From positions 30,001-62,000 of the forward strand of contig CAKUIA010000015.1 in NCBI GenBank assembly GCA_934660865.1: 32,000 nucleotides of DNA, read 5' to 3'. Of the stretch, positions 16,352 through 24,194 are shown piece after piece; position 1 is the first letter of the stretch; each line of letters starts with the position of its first letter. Both the position numbers and the translations under genes were made by a program. The notes under the pieces were generated by a model that was not told the origin of the DNA, searched no databases, and was given only the letters and a program-made list of their open reading frames with translations. The DNA comes from an uncultured Opitutales bacterium. GTDB lineage: Bacteria; Verrucomicrobiota; Verrucomicrobiia; Opitutales; Intestinicryptomonadaceae.

Positions 16352-17020
16352 CTATTGTTGGGGAATGTTAATTTCCTGCCCGATTTGAAGTTTTGAAGGC
16401 TCTATGCCGGGGTTTGCGTCTTGCAAAGCCTTTATCGAAACTTTAAACTTCTTTGCGATTTTTGCGAGATAGTCGCCGCTTTTAATTTTGTATGTTTTTG
16501 TGCCCGAAGCTGAAGCTGTCGCGTTTTGCTCGGTTTGTTCCGTGTTTGCGCTTTGCTGTTCTTGGGAAGCGGCCTGTTGTTCGCCGGCTTGCACCTTTGC
16601 TTTTGCCTGCGCTTTTGCGGGGCGTTCCCTTAATTCCAAAGCTATTGTTTTTAGGGCTTCCTGATTGGCCGAAATAAGCTCTCTATTTTCGTTTATAAGT
16701 TTCGAATAATATTCCAAAGCCGATTTTACGTCGCTAACCGTTTTGTTCGAGGCCGCCTTTGTAGAGCTTCTTACTTCGTTTAGCTGGTTTGCCAGGCTTT
16801 GCAGTTTGGGGGTTATGTTCGAAACTTCAACCGAGGCCGCTATTGCCTTGTCGGCCTTAACGGTAAGTGCCTCTTGGGCACTGTCGAGCTTTTTGGCCGA
16901 GTTTACCGCCAAAAACAGGGCGGCCGCTGCCAAAGCCAATGCCACAAGCGACAACGCCACGGGCAAAAACGAGCTTTTATTGTTGGTTTGGGCTATTTCG
17001 GAAGTTTGAGTTTCTTGCAT
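16352..17020 (-). CDS. LysM-domain membrane-anchored protein
   Basis: 222 aa with an N-terminal TM (FLPVALSLVALALAAAALFLAV) and a coiled-coil/low-complexity middle. The C-terminal LysM is YKIKSGDYLAKIAKKFKVSIKALQDANPGIEPSKLQIGQEINIP. Confidence 0.8.
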   Translation of the reverse strand: MQETQTSEIAQTNNKSSFLPVALSLVALALAAAALFLAVNSAKKLDSAQEALTVKADKAIAASVEVSNITPKLQSLANQLNEVRSSTKAASNKTVSDVKSALEYYSKLINENRELISANQEALKTIALELRERPAKAQAKAKVQAGEQQAASQEQQSANTEQTEQNATASASGTKTYKIKSGDYLAKIAKKFKVSIKALQDANPGIEPSKLQIGQEINIPQQ

Positions 17021-17144
17021 ATCTTTGTGTGTATATTATATATGGGTTGGATATTGAACCCATTTGTAGTGCATTTCAATTTTAAATTTTATATTTTTTG
17101 TGTTGCTAGACGTCAAATAAGGCGGCAATATAGAATAATTTATT

Positions 17145-18734
17145 ATGGCAGAATGTGAAAAAAGATTGTTAAGCGGTAACGAAGCTATTGCCTTGGGCGC
17201 ACTTCACGCTGGGTGTGCCATCGGCGTGGGGTATCCCGGAACGCCGTCTACCGAAATTTTGGAAACCTTTTCGGAGCTTGGCGGCGATGCCCAATGGGCT
17301 CCAAACGAAAAAGTTGCGGCCGAAACCGCATTGGGAGTTGCCTTTGCCGAAAGCTCGGTAATTGTTACAATGAAGCACGTTGGCTTTAACGTTGCCCAAG
17401 ACCTGTTTTTTACGGCGGCATATAGCGGTATTCAGGGGGCGTATGTTGCCGTTGTTGCCGACGACCCAGGAATGGCCTCGAGCCAAAACGAGCAGGACAC
17501 CCGCTCGCTGGCAAAGATTGGCGGCTTGCCCGTGCTGGAACCGTCTTCGGCGCAGGAGGCCTACGACTTTACAAAGCTTGCCTTCGAGCTTTCCAGAAAG
17601 TTCAACCAGCCCTTTATTATAAGAACTACAACAAGAATAGCCCACACAAACGGCATTGTTGAATATAAAAACGAAATTGCGCCCAAGCCCGTTGCAAAAT
17701 TCGAGCGCAACATAGCAATGCGCGTTATGGTGCCAGGCAACGCAAAGCCCGCGCACCATCGCCTGCGCGAAAAGCTGGCAAACATAGAGGAATGGAACAA
17801 CAATTCGCCTCTTAATGTGCAGACCGATTCGCCCGACAAAAAATTGGGCATAATCTCGTCGGGTATTGCATATATGCACGCAAGAGAGGCGGCTCCGACG
17901 GCCGGCTTTTTAAAGATAGCTCTTACAAACCCGCTCCCATTTAAAAAGATAGAGGAATTTTGCGCCAAGTACGACGAAGTTGTTGCAATAGAAGAGTGCG
18001 ACCCCTATTTGACCGACGCAATCAGAGCCTACGGCATAAAGAACTTGCGCCAAAGGAACATTAAATGGCACTTCGGCGAATTGAATGTAGACAAAACCAA
18101 AGCGCAGCTGGCAAACGATTTGTCGTACGACGAGCCTAAATTGAAATCGAAACCCCCGCAGTTGTGCAAGGGCTGCCCGCATACATTTAGCTTTCAGCTT
18201 TTAAAGGATATGGGCTGCATTGTTTCGGGCGACATAGGCTGCTACACGTTGGGGGCAATGCCTCCGCTTAGCGCAATGGACATGCAAATTTGCATGGGAG
18301 CAAGCATTGGCATGGGGCTTGGCTTAAGGCAGGTTTTGCCCGAAGAGCAGGCAAGAAAAGTTGTAAGCGTAATAGGCGATTCAACCTTTATGCACAGCGG
18401 CTTGACCGGCCTTTTGCAGATGGTCTACAACACCCCGAAAACGGGGCACGTTGTGATTGTTGTAGACAACTCTACAACCGCAATGACCGGCCAGCAGGAA
18501 CACCCCGGCACGGGCAGAAAGCTGGACGGCACCCCGTGCTATAAGGTAGACATTCAAAGCGTTGCAAAGGGCATAGGCGTGCAAAATGTTGCGGCGTTTA
18601 ACCCCGCAAAAGAGGGCGATGCCTTTAAAGCCTATTTGGCCGAGTGCCTTGCCAAGAACGAAACAACCCTTATTGTCTTAAAACAGCCCTGCCTTTTGGC
18701 AATGGCCAAGTGGGCTAAAATGAAAGCTAAATAA
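17145..18734 (+). CDS. iorA: indolepyruvate:ferredoxin oxidoreductase, alpha subunit (TPP-dependent)
   Basis: 529 aa. LSGNEAIALGALHAGCAIGVGYPGTPSTEILE is a 2-oxoacid:ferredoxin oxidoreductase N-terminus. It also has a CKGCPH cluster region and a TPP-binding-like GDSTFMHSG...DN block. It is followed immediately by iorB. Confidence 0.85.
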   Translation: MAECEKRLLSGNEAIALGALHAGCAIGVGYPGTPSTEILETFSELGGDAQWAPNEKVAAETALGVAFAESSVIVTMKHVGFNVAQDLFFTAAYSGIQGAYVAVVADDPGMASSQNEQDTRSLAKIGGLPVLEPSSAQEAYDFTKLAFELSRKFNQPFIIRTTTRIAHTNGIVEYKNEIAPKPVAKFERNIAMRVMVPGNAKPAHHRLREKLANIEEWNNNSPLNVQTDSPDKKLGIISSGIAYMHAREAAPTAGFLKIALTNPLPFKKIEEFCAKYDEVVAIEECDPYLTDAIRAYGIKNLRQRNIKWHFGELNVDKTKAQLANDLSYDEPKLKSKPPQLCKGCPHTFSFQLLKDMGCIVSGDIGCYTLGAMPPLSAMDMQICMGASIGMGLGLRQVLPEEQARKVVSVIGDSTFMHSGLTGLLQMVYNTPKTGHVVIVVDNSTTAMTGQQEHPGTGRKLDGTPCYKVDIQSVAKGIGVQNVAAFNPAKEGDAFKAYLAECLAKNETTLIVLKQPCLLAMAKWAKMKAK

Positions 18735-18735
18735 T

Positions 18736-19215
18736 ATGGACGACAAAATTACAAACATAAGGCTTGCCGGCTTGGGCGGTATGGGCGTTTTAAAGGCCGC
18801 TTTGGTGCTAAGCGAAATCCTTTTCGAGCTTGGCTACGACGTAAAAAAGGCCGAAGTTCACGGAATGTCGCAAAGGGGCGGCTCGATTTCCAGCGACATA
18901 CGCTTCGGCAAAAAGGTATTTAGCCCGATGATTCCAAAAGGCAAAATAGACATTCTTTTGTCGATGATGCCCGAATGGTCGGACGTTTACATTCCCGAAG
19001 TGGTAGAGGGCGGCCTGGTTATTAAGCCCGAAGATTTCGACGTTTCGAAGCTGGCTTCGGCAAAGGCGGTAAACGTTGCAATGTTGGGCGTATTAAGCAG
19101 GCATTTAACCGACATTCCGCTGGAAAAGTGGCTTGGGGCTTTAAAAAAGTTCTTCCCCGAAAAATTGTGGAAGGCAAACGAAGACGCATTTATGCTTGGG
19201 AGGAATTCTAAATAA
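18736..19215 (+). CDS. iorB: indolepyruvate oxidoreductase, beta subunit
   Basis: 159 aa. ITNIRLAGLGGMGVLKAALVLSEIL...VHGMSQRGGSISSDIRFG is the gamma-type/IorB pattern (GxGGQG...E.hGm.qRGG.v.s.vR). It starts 2 nt after the iorA stop. Confidence 0.85.
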   Translation: MDDKITNIRLAGLGGMGVLKAALVLSEILFELGYDVKKAEVHGMSQRGGSISSDIRFGKKVFSPMIPKGKIDILLSMMPEWSDVYIPEVVEGGLVIKPEDFDVSKLASAKAVNVAMLGVLSRHLTDIPLEKWLGALKKFFPEKLWKANEDAFMLGRNSK

Positions 19216-19217
19216 CT

Positions 19218-20549
19218 ATGGCACACGCATGGAACGACAGAAACGGGACAATACACCCCGACAGCGCATTGGACTTTTTGCCGAGGCAGCAGCTTGAACA
19301 ACTGCAATCGCAACGCCTTGTTGCAATGGTTGCCCACGCATATAAAAATGTGGAGCTTATACGTTCGAGAATGGACGAAATGAACGTAAAGCCCGGCGAC
19401 ATTAAAAGCATAAAGGATATTTCTAAACTTCCCTTTATGCAAAAAAGCGACTTAAGAGACACATATCCTTTCGGCCTATTTGCCGTTGGTATGGACGAAG
19501 TTATAAGGCTGCATGCCTCTAGCGGAACAACGGGCAAGCCCATAGTTGTAGGCTATACGCAAGACGACCTAAACGTATGGGAAAGCACGGTTCGCAGGTC
19601 TATGCTGGCTTTCGGGCTTAGCAACAAAGACATTTTGCAAAACAGTTTCGGATACGGGCTGTTTACGGGCGGCATGGGGCTGCACGGCGGCGCGCAGTCG
19701 TTGGGTTGCGCGGTTGTTCCCGCTTCGGGCGGCAACACCGAACGCCAGGTAATGCTTATAAAAGACTTTGGCGCTACCGCCATAAGCTGCACTCCGAGCT
19801 ATTTTGTGCACATAATAGAAGTTGCGCAAAAAATGGGCGTAGACTTAAAGAAAACAAACCTAAAAGTAGGCATATTCGGGGCGGAGCCTTGGTCCGAAAA
19901 TATGCGCGAATACATAGAGGCAAACACCGCAATAAAGGCTTTCGATATTTACGGGCTTTCGGAAATTGCCGGCCCCGGCGTAGGCTGCGAATGTAAATGC
20001 CACAACGGCATACACATTTTTGAAGACCACTATTACCCCGAAATTGTAGACCCCGAAACGGGAGCGCCTTTGCCCGACGGCGAAGAGGGCGAATTGGTGC
20101 TTACAACGCTAAGCAAAAGGGCAATGCCTGTTTTGCGCTACCGCACGCACGACATAACAAGCATTTATACCGAAAAGTGCGAGTGCGGCAGAACAATACG
20201 CCGCATACGCCGCATAGGCCGCAGGTGCGACGATATGTTTATTATAAGGGGCGTAAATGTATTTCCGTCGCAGATAGAGGCGGCAATGATGAGGGTTGAG
20301 GAATGCAGCCCCAACTATAGAATTGTTCTTGAAAGGGTAAAAGACTTAGACTCGGTAAGGGTGGAGCTTGAACTTAAGGAAAATTGCTATAGCGACAGCA
20401 TTGCCGCAATGGAGGCGATTCGCAAAAAGATACAGGCGGCCATAGCCGCCATAACAAATATAAGGATAGACGTAAAACTTATGGAGCCGCACAGCCTGCC
20501 GCGTTCGGAGGGCAAAGCGAAAAGAGTTTACGACAACCGAAAAATATAG
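19218..20549 (+). CDS. paaK: phenylacetate--CoA ligase family (arylacetate-CoA ligase)
   Basis: 443 aa. LPFMQKSDLRDTYPFGLFAV and HASSGTTGKPIVVGYTQDDLNVWE are diagnostic PaaK-type adenylate-forming motifs. Confidence 0.85.
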   Translation: MAHAWNDRNGTIHPDSALDFLPRQQLEQLQSQRLVAMVAHAYKNVELIRSRMDEMNVKPGDIKSIKDISKLPFMQKSDLRDTYPFGLFAVGMDEVIRLHASSGTTGKPIVVGYTQDDLNVWESTVRRSMLAFGLSNKDILQNSFGYGLFTGGMGLHGGAQSLGCAVVPASGGNTERQVMLIKDFGATAISCTPSYFVHIIEVAQKMGVDLKKTNLKVGIFGAEPWSENMREYIEANTAIKAFDIYGLSEIAGPGVGCECKCHNGIHIFEDHYYPEIVDPETGAPLPDGEEGELVLTTLSKRAMPVLRYRTHDITSIYTEKCECGRTIRRIRRIGRRCDDMFIIRGVNVFPSQIEAAMMRVEECSPNYRIVLERVKDLDSVRVELELKENCYSDSIAAMEAIRKKIQAAIAAITNIRIDVKLMEPHSLPRSEGKAKRVYDNRKI

Positions 20550-20561
20550 TAGGCTGGCATT

Positions 20562-20948
20562 ATGAGATTAAAACAAGTATCGGTATTTCTTGAAAACCAA
20601 CCGGGGCACCTGATAAGGGTTTGCAAGGTGCTAGCCCAGGCAAACGTAAACCTTATAACCATATCCATTGCCGAAACGAAAGACTTCGGGGTTATGCGCC
20701 TTATTGTAGACGACCCCGAAAGGGCGAAAGAGGCATTGTCGAACGCAAAAATATCGTGCAAGCTTATAGACGTGCTTTCTATTGAAGTTGCAAACAAAGC
20801 GGGTAGTTTCCTGGAAATATTGGAACGCGCACAGGCCGAAAAGCTTAACATAGAATATGCGTATGCCATGCCCGCCCAAACGCCCGAAAGCTCGGTTATG
20901 GTTTTAAAGTTCGAGGATATTGTCGCAGCCGAAAAGCTGTTTAAATAA
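20562..20948 (+). CDS. ACT-domain protein
   Basis: 128 aa. The beta-alpha-beta start MRLKQVSVFLENQPGHLIRVCKVLAQANVNLITISIAETKDFGVMRLIVDDPERAKEAL is typical of ACT proteins commonly found after paaK/ior genes in anaerobes. Confidence 0.75.
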   Translation: MRLKQVSVFLENQPGHLIRVCKVLAQANVNLITISIAETKDFGVMRLIVDDPERAKEALSNAKISCKLIDVLSIEVANKAGSFLEILERAQAEKLNIEYAYAMPAQTPESSVMVLKFEDIVAAEKLFK

Positions 20949-21005
20949 TATTCTTGTTGCGTTTGTTTTTTGCCTTTTATGGCTTAAAAACTTAAGCGCC
21001 CTAAA

Positions 21006-21044
21006 GGGAGATTGTCGATTTTGACAGTCTCCCTTTTTATTTTT
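21006..21044 (+). terminator. rho-independent terminator of the ior-paaK-ACT operon
   Basis: gggagattgtc-gatttt-gacagtctccc forms an 11-bp stem (one G.U) with a 6-nt loop, followed by tttttattttt. It lies 58 nt after the ACT gene stop. Confidence 0.8.
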
Positions 21045-21093
21045 ATATGCCGCAATTTTGTGTTTTGCGGAGTAAAAATATAGAATCTGCCAC

Positions 21094-21141
21094 TTACCTC
21101 CGCATATTTTGCGGAGATAATGCTTGTTTTTCTCCGCAAGG
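21094..21141. repeat. direct repeat copy 1 (Fic leader), with internal inverted repeat
   Basis: ttacctccgcatattttgcggagataatgcttgtttttctccgcaagg is 46/48 identical to 22282..22329. It contains ctccgca-5nt-tgcggag (21098-21116) and a third ctccgca at 21131-21137. A further tgcggag lies upstream at 21066-21072. Confidence 0.85.
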
Positions 21142-21177
21142 TGTGTTTTGATAGTGTCGATAAAAGAGGTGTTGGGT

Positions 21178-22275
21178 ATGTATATTTACGAATGCAAGGG
21201 TTGGCCTAAGTTTGTTTGGAATGCGGAGGACATTCAATCTGCGCTTTCGCGGGCTGTATTTGCGCAGGGCAAGCTGCTTGGCAAAATGGAAGCTTTAGGC
21301 TTCGACGTAAAAAACGAACAGGTGTTAAGCAGCGTTTCCGACGAAATCATAAAATCTTCCGAAATCGAGGGCGCAAATCTCAACCTTGAACAGGTTCGTT
21401 CGTCGGTTGCGCGCAGGCTAAATATAAGCTACAAATCTTCCGCAGAACCAAGCCGTTATGTTGACGGTGTCGTTCGCATGATGATGGACGCCATCGACAA
21501 CTACGAGCGCCCGCTTACGCAGGAACGGCTTTTTTCGTGGCACGCGGCGTTGTTCCCGACGGGGTGGAGCGGTATGTCTGAAATAGAAGTCGGCAAATTT
21601 CGCTCGGATAAATTCGGGCGAATGCAGGTTGTTTCTGAACGCGGCAACCGCAAAACAATTCACTACGAAGCCCCGAAAGCGGAAATAATTGCCGACGAAG
21701 TCGCAAAATTCTTACGCTGGACATATTCGGTAAAGCCCAACTTAACAGCGGCGGCAATCGCGCACCTGTGGTTTGTAAGCTTGCACCCGTTTGAAGACGG
21801 CAACGGGCGCATAACCCGCGCAATTACGGAGTATATGCTGGCCAAGTGCGAGAAATCGCAGCTGCGCTTTTACAGTATGTCGAAGCAAATCGAGCTAAAC
21901 AGGCGAAATTACTACGATATAATCGAACATACACAAAAAGGCGGTCTCGATATAACGGGCTGGCTAATCTGGTTTTTCGATACGCTTTTCGAAGCAATTT
22001 CCGACGCCGACAAAACGAGCGAAAGGCTTGTGTTTAAAGCCCGATTCTGGCAAAACCTTGTAGATGTAGATGTAAGCGCAGGGCAACGAAAACTCATAAA
22101 TAGACTGCTCGACGGCTTTGACGGCAAAATGACTTCGTCGCGTTGGGCGAATATCCGCGACTGCTCGCAAGACACCGCCTCGCGCGAAATCAACGACCTC
22201 ATCGCAAAAGGCGTCCTCCTAAAAGATGGTGTAGGGCGTTCGACGCACTATATTATAAATAGGCAAAATTTTTAA
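21178..22275 (+). CDS. Fic family protein (class II, N-terminal DUF4172-type region, C-terminal wHTH-like tail)
   Basis: I prefer ATG 21178, which has AGAGG about 10 nt upstream, over the track's TTG at 21124. 365 aa. The Fic motif HPFEDGNGRITR is at 21784-21819. The inhibitory-helix motif SSEIEG, i.e. (S/T)xxxE(G/N), is at 21355-21372. The N-terminus MYIYECKGWPKFVW is typical of the DUF4172-Fic architecture. Confidence 0.9.
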   Translation: MYIYECKGWPKFVWNAEDIQSALSRAVFAQGKLLGKMEALGFDVKNEQVLSSVSDEIIKSSEIEGANLNLEQVRSSVARRLNISYKSSAEPSRYVDGVVRMMMDAIDNYERPLTQERLFSWHAALFPTGWSGMSEIEVGKFRSDKFGRMQVVSERGNRKTIHYEAPKAEIIADEVAKFLRWTYSVKPNLTAAAIAHLWFVSLHPFEDGNGRITRAITEYMLAKCEKSQLRFYSMSKQIELNRRNYYDIIEHTQKGGLDITGWLIWFFDTLFEAISDADKTSERLVFKARFWQNLVDVDVSAGQRKLINRLLDGFDGKMTSSRWANIRDCSQDTASREINDLIAKGVLLKDGVGRSTHYIINRQNF

Positions 22276-22281
22276 CATATA

Positions 22282-22329
22282 TTACCTCCGCAACTTTTGC
22301 GGAGATAATGCTTGTTTTTCTCCGCAAGG
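22282..22329. repeat. direct repeat copy 2, immediately after the Fic stop
   Basis: ttacctccgcaacttttgcggagataatgcttgtttttctccgcaagg begins 7 nt after the Fic stop. Similarity to copy 1 continues with indels (gtgtcttttg) to gtatatttgc at 22354-22363. The copy-1 equivalent is gtatatttac at 21180-21189, which spans the Fic start codons. Confidence 0.85.
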
Positions 22330-22372
22330 GGGTGTCTTTTGTCAAAAATGCGAGTATATTTGCCCGCAGCTT

Positions 22373-22412
22373 AAATAAACAAAAGGGCGAAATTCCGAAA
22401 GGGAACTTCGCC
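22373..22412 (-). terminator. rho-independent terminator of the small basic protein gene
   Basis: The minus-strand transcript reads ggcgaagttcc-ctttc-ggaatttcgcc, an 11-bp stem whose single non-Watson-Crick pair is G.U on this strand but A.C on the plus strand. It is followed by cttttgtttattt. It lies 32 nt after the stop codon. Confidence 0.8.
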
Positions 22413-22444
22413 TTGAACAAAAGGGAATGTGTCGAAATAAAAAA

Positions 22445-22603
22445 CTATTCCGAGGGTTTTGTTTTGGGAAGAGCTGTAACTCTGCCGTTATCTTTCCACT
22501 GGCCTCTCTTTGTGAGCAAGTCGATACGTTCAAATCTTTTAAGAACGCTGCGGTTCTTAGACGATGCGGAACTTCCGCTTTTCAAGCTGTTGTGTTGCGA
22601 CAT
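22445..22603 (-). CDS. small basic protein (52 aa; PVC-group family)
   Basis: Not in the ORF track because it is under 60 aa. My translation is MSQHNSLKSGSSASSKNRSVLKRFERIDLLTKRGQWKDNGRVTALPKTKPSE*. The layout (hydroxy/basic N-terminus, NRxVLKRFERI, (R/K)GxW, LPKxK tail) matches my recollection of the family annotated as 'small basic protein' in Planctomycetota/Verrucomicrobiota/Lentisphaerota genomes. It has its own strong terminator. Confidence 0.75.
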   Translation of the reverse strand: MSQHNSLKSGSSASSKNRSVLKRFERIDLLTKRGQWKDNGRVTALPKTKPSE

Positions 22604-22841
22604 AAATTTATACCTTGTTGTGAGTTATTAAATGTTCCATACAACAGCATATTTTTAAAAAATCAACACTTTTTTGCAAAAAATGCGCATGCGGGCTTAT
22701 TTGCCCCGTATTTTTGCCGTTTTTTGTGCAATTAAAGGCTTTGCTTTGGCAAGTTTGCCTTTTTTAGGGCGCCTTTTGCGCAAAAGTCCTAAATTGTTTT
22801 TTTCTTTTAATAAATGCAAAATATGATAGCTTATTTTTAGT

Positions 22842-24194
22842 ATGAGAATAATAGTGGCAGGTTCGGGCGATGTAGGCTCTTATTTGTGCAAAGTTTTAAG
22901 CGAAGCCAGATACGACGTTACGCTTATAGAGGCCATAGAGGAAGTTGCCCAGGAAATGGAAAACAGCCTGGACGTAAGGGTTATTGTAGGCAATGCCGCC
23001 TCCGCAAAATGCCTGCAAAAGGCCGGCGTTGCCGACTGCGACTATTTTATGTCGATGACTTCCGACGACCAATCGAACATTTTGGCGTGCTCCATTGCCA
23101 AACAAATGGGGGCGGCGCATGCAATAGCAAGGGTTCACGACGCCGTTTATACGGATTCTTCGATTGTAGACTACAAGCAGTATTTTAAGATAGACTATTT
23201 GCTTAACCCCGAAGCTCTTTCGGCGGTAGAGCTTGCAAAGCTTATACGAAACCCCGAACGCGTTGCGGTAGAAACTTTTGCCAGGGGCAAAATAGAGGTG
23301 CAACAGTTGCTGGTAAGCGAAAATTCGCGCCTGGCAAACAAGCCTCTTAAAAATTTGGATTTGCCGAAAGACTTGCGAATAGGCTATGTGGGCGGCAAAA
23401 CTTCGGCAAACGTGGCGGGCCCCGACACCGTCTTAAAAGGCGGCGACATTGTAACGCTTTTCGGCAGCACCGAAAGTTTGTATAACTACCGCAAACTTTT
23501 TAACCGCGAGTTTATGGGCGACATTGTAGACGTTGCAATATACGGCGCAACCGAAACTGCAATTTCCATAATAAAACTATTGGGGGCAAACCGCTTTAAA
23601 ATTAGGCTGATAGACCCTTCGTTGAAAAAATGCAAAACCTTTGCCGAAGAGTTCCCGAATATTACGGTTATAAACGGTTCGGCTACCTCCCTTCAGCTTT
23701 TGGAGGAAGAGCAAATAGGCAGCTCCGACTATTTCATTTCGTGCACAAAAAAAGACGAAGACAATATTATGACTTCGCTTCAGGCGAAAAAACTGGGCGT
23801 AGAGCATGTTTGCCTTGTAATAAACAAGCCCGACTACGAAGAGCTTTTGGGCAATATGAGCGCGTTTTTGAATTTGGAGCTTTCGGTTTCGCCCAGAAAG
23901 GCCACGGCGAATGTGGTTTTAGACATAATACGCCTTAACGCGGGCGAAAAGATAGTGTATTCTTCGAACAATTCCATAGAAATTATGGAGCTTAAGGTTG
24001 CCGAAAGCGCCGAGGTTGTTTCAAAACAGCTAAAGGAGGCGGGGCTGCCGAAGGGCTGCGTAGTTGCCGCTTTAGTCAGGGGCTCCGACGCAAAAGTGCC
24101 GCAGGCAGACGATGTGATAAACGCGCACGACAGCGTAATTTTAATTGTTTCGAAAGACAACGCAAAAGCTGCGGCAAAAATGTTCGGCCACTAA
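22842..24194 (+). CDS. trkA: Trk potassium uptake system, NAD-binding subunit
   Basis: 450 aa with two RCK/Rossmann halves (MRIIVAGSGDVGSYLCKVL... and VAIYGATETAISIIKLL...). It is followed by trkH with a 1-nt overlap (TAATG). Confidence 0.9.
   Translation: MRIIVAGSGDVGSYLCKVLSEARYDVTLIEAIEEVAQEMENSLDVRVIVGNAASAKCLQKAGVADCDYFMSMTSDDQSNILACSIAKQMGAAHAIARVHDAVYTDSSIVDYKQYFKIDYLLNPEALSAVELAKLIRNPERVAVETFARGKIEVQQLLVSENSRLANKPLKNLDLPKDLRIGYVGGKTSANVAGPDTVLKGGDIVTLFGSTESLYNYRKLFNREFMGDIVDVAIYGATETAISIIKLLGANRFKIRLIDPSLKKCKTFAEEFPNITVINGSATSLQLLEEEQIGSSDYFISCTKKDEDNIMTSLQAKKLGVEHVCLVINKPDYEELLGNMSAFLNLELSVSPRKATANVVLDIIRLNAGEKIVYSSNNSIEIMELKVAESAEVVSKQLKEAGLPKGCVVAALVRGSDAKVPQADDVINAHDSVILIVSKDNAKAAAKMFGH

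Noticed and set aside
17169-18182. Minus-strand ORFs 17169..17879 (236 aa), 17561..17968 and 17910..18182
   Set aside because: They are antisense to iorA, which has strong family motifs. They are Arg/Cys/Gly-rich shadow frames.
21124-21177. Track start of the Fic ORF at TTG 21124 (adds MFFSARCVLIVSIKEVLG)
   Set aside because: The extension lies inside the repeat/hairpin leader. ATG 21178 has an AGAGG about 10 nt upstream and yields the N-terminus typical of DUF4172-type Fic proteins.
21094-22329. Whether the two 48-bp repeats are a CRISPR array or IS/transposon ends
   Set aside because: There are only two copies, they are direct rather than inverted, and they are separated by a complete 1.1-kb Fic gene. 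There are no cas or transposase genes and no regular repeat-spacer periodicity anywhere in the window.
22308-22735. Plus-strand ORFs 22308..22631 (107 aa) and 22427..22735 (102 aa) downstream of Fic
   Set aside because: The first begins inside the duplicated leader repeat. Both overlap the opposite-strand 52-aa conserved small basic protein gene and its strand-specific terminator, and neither has a recognisable motif.
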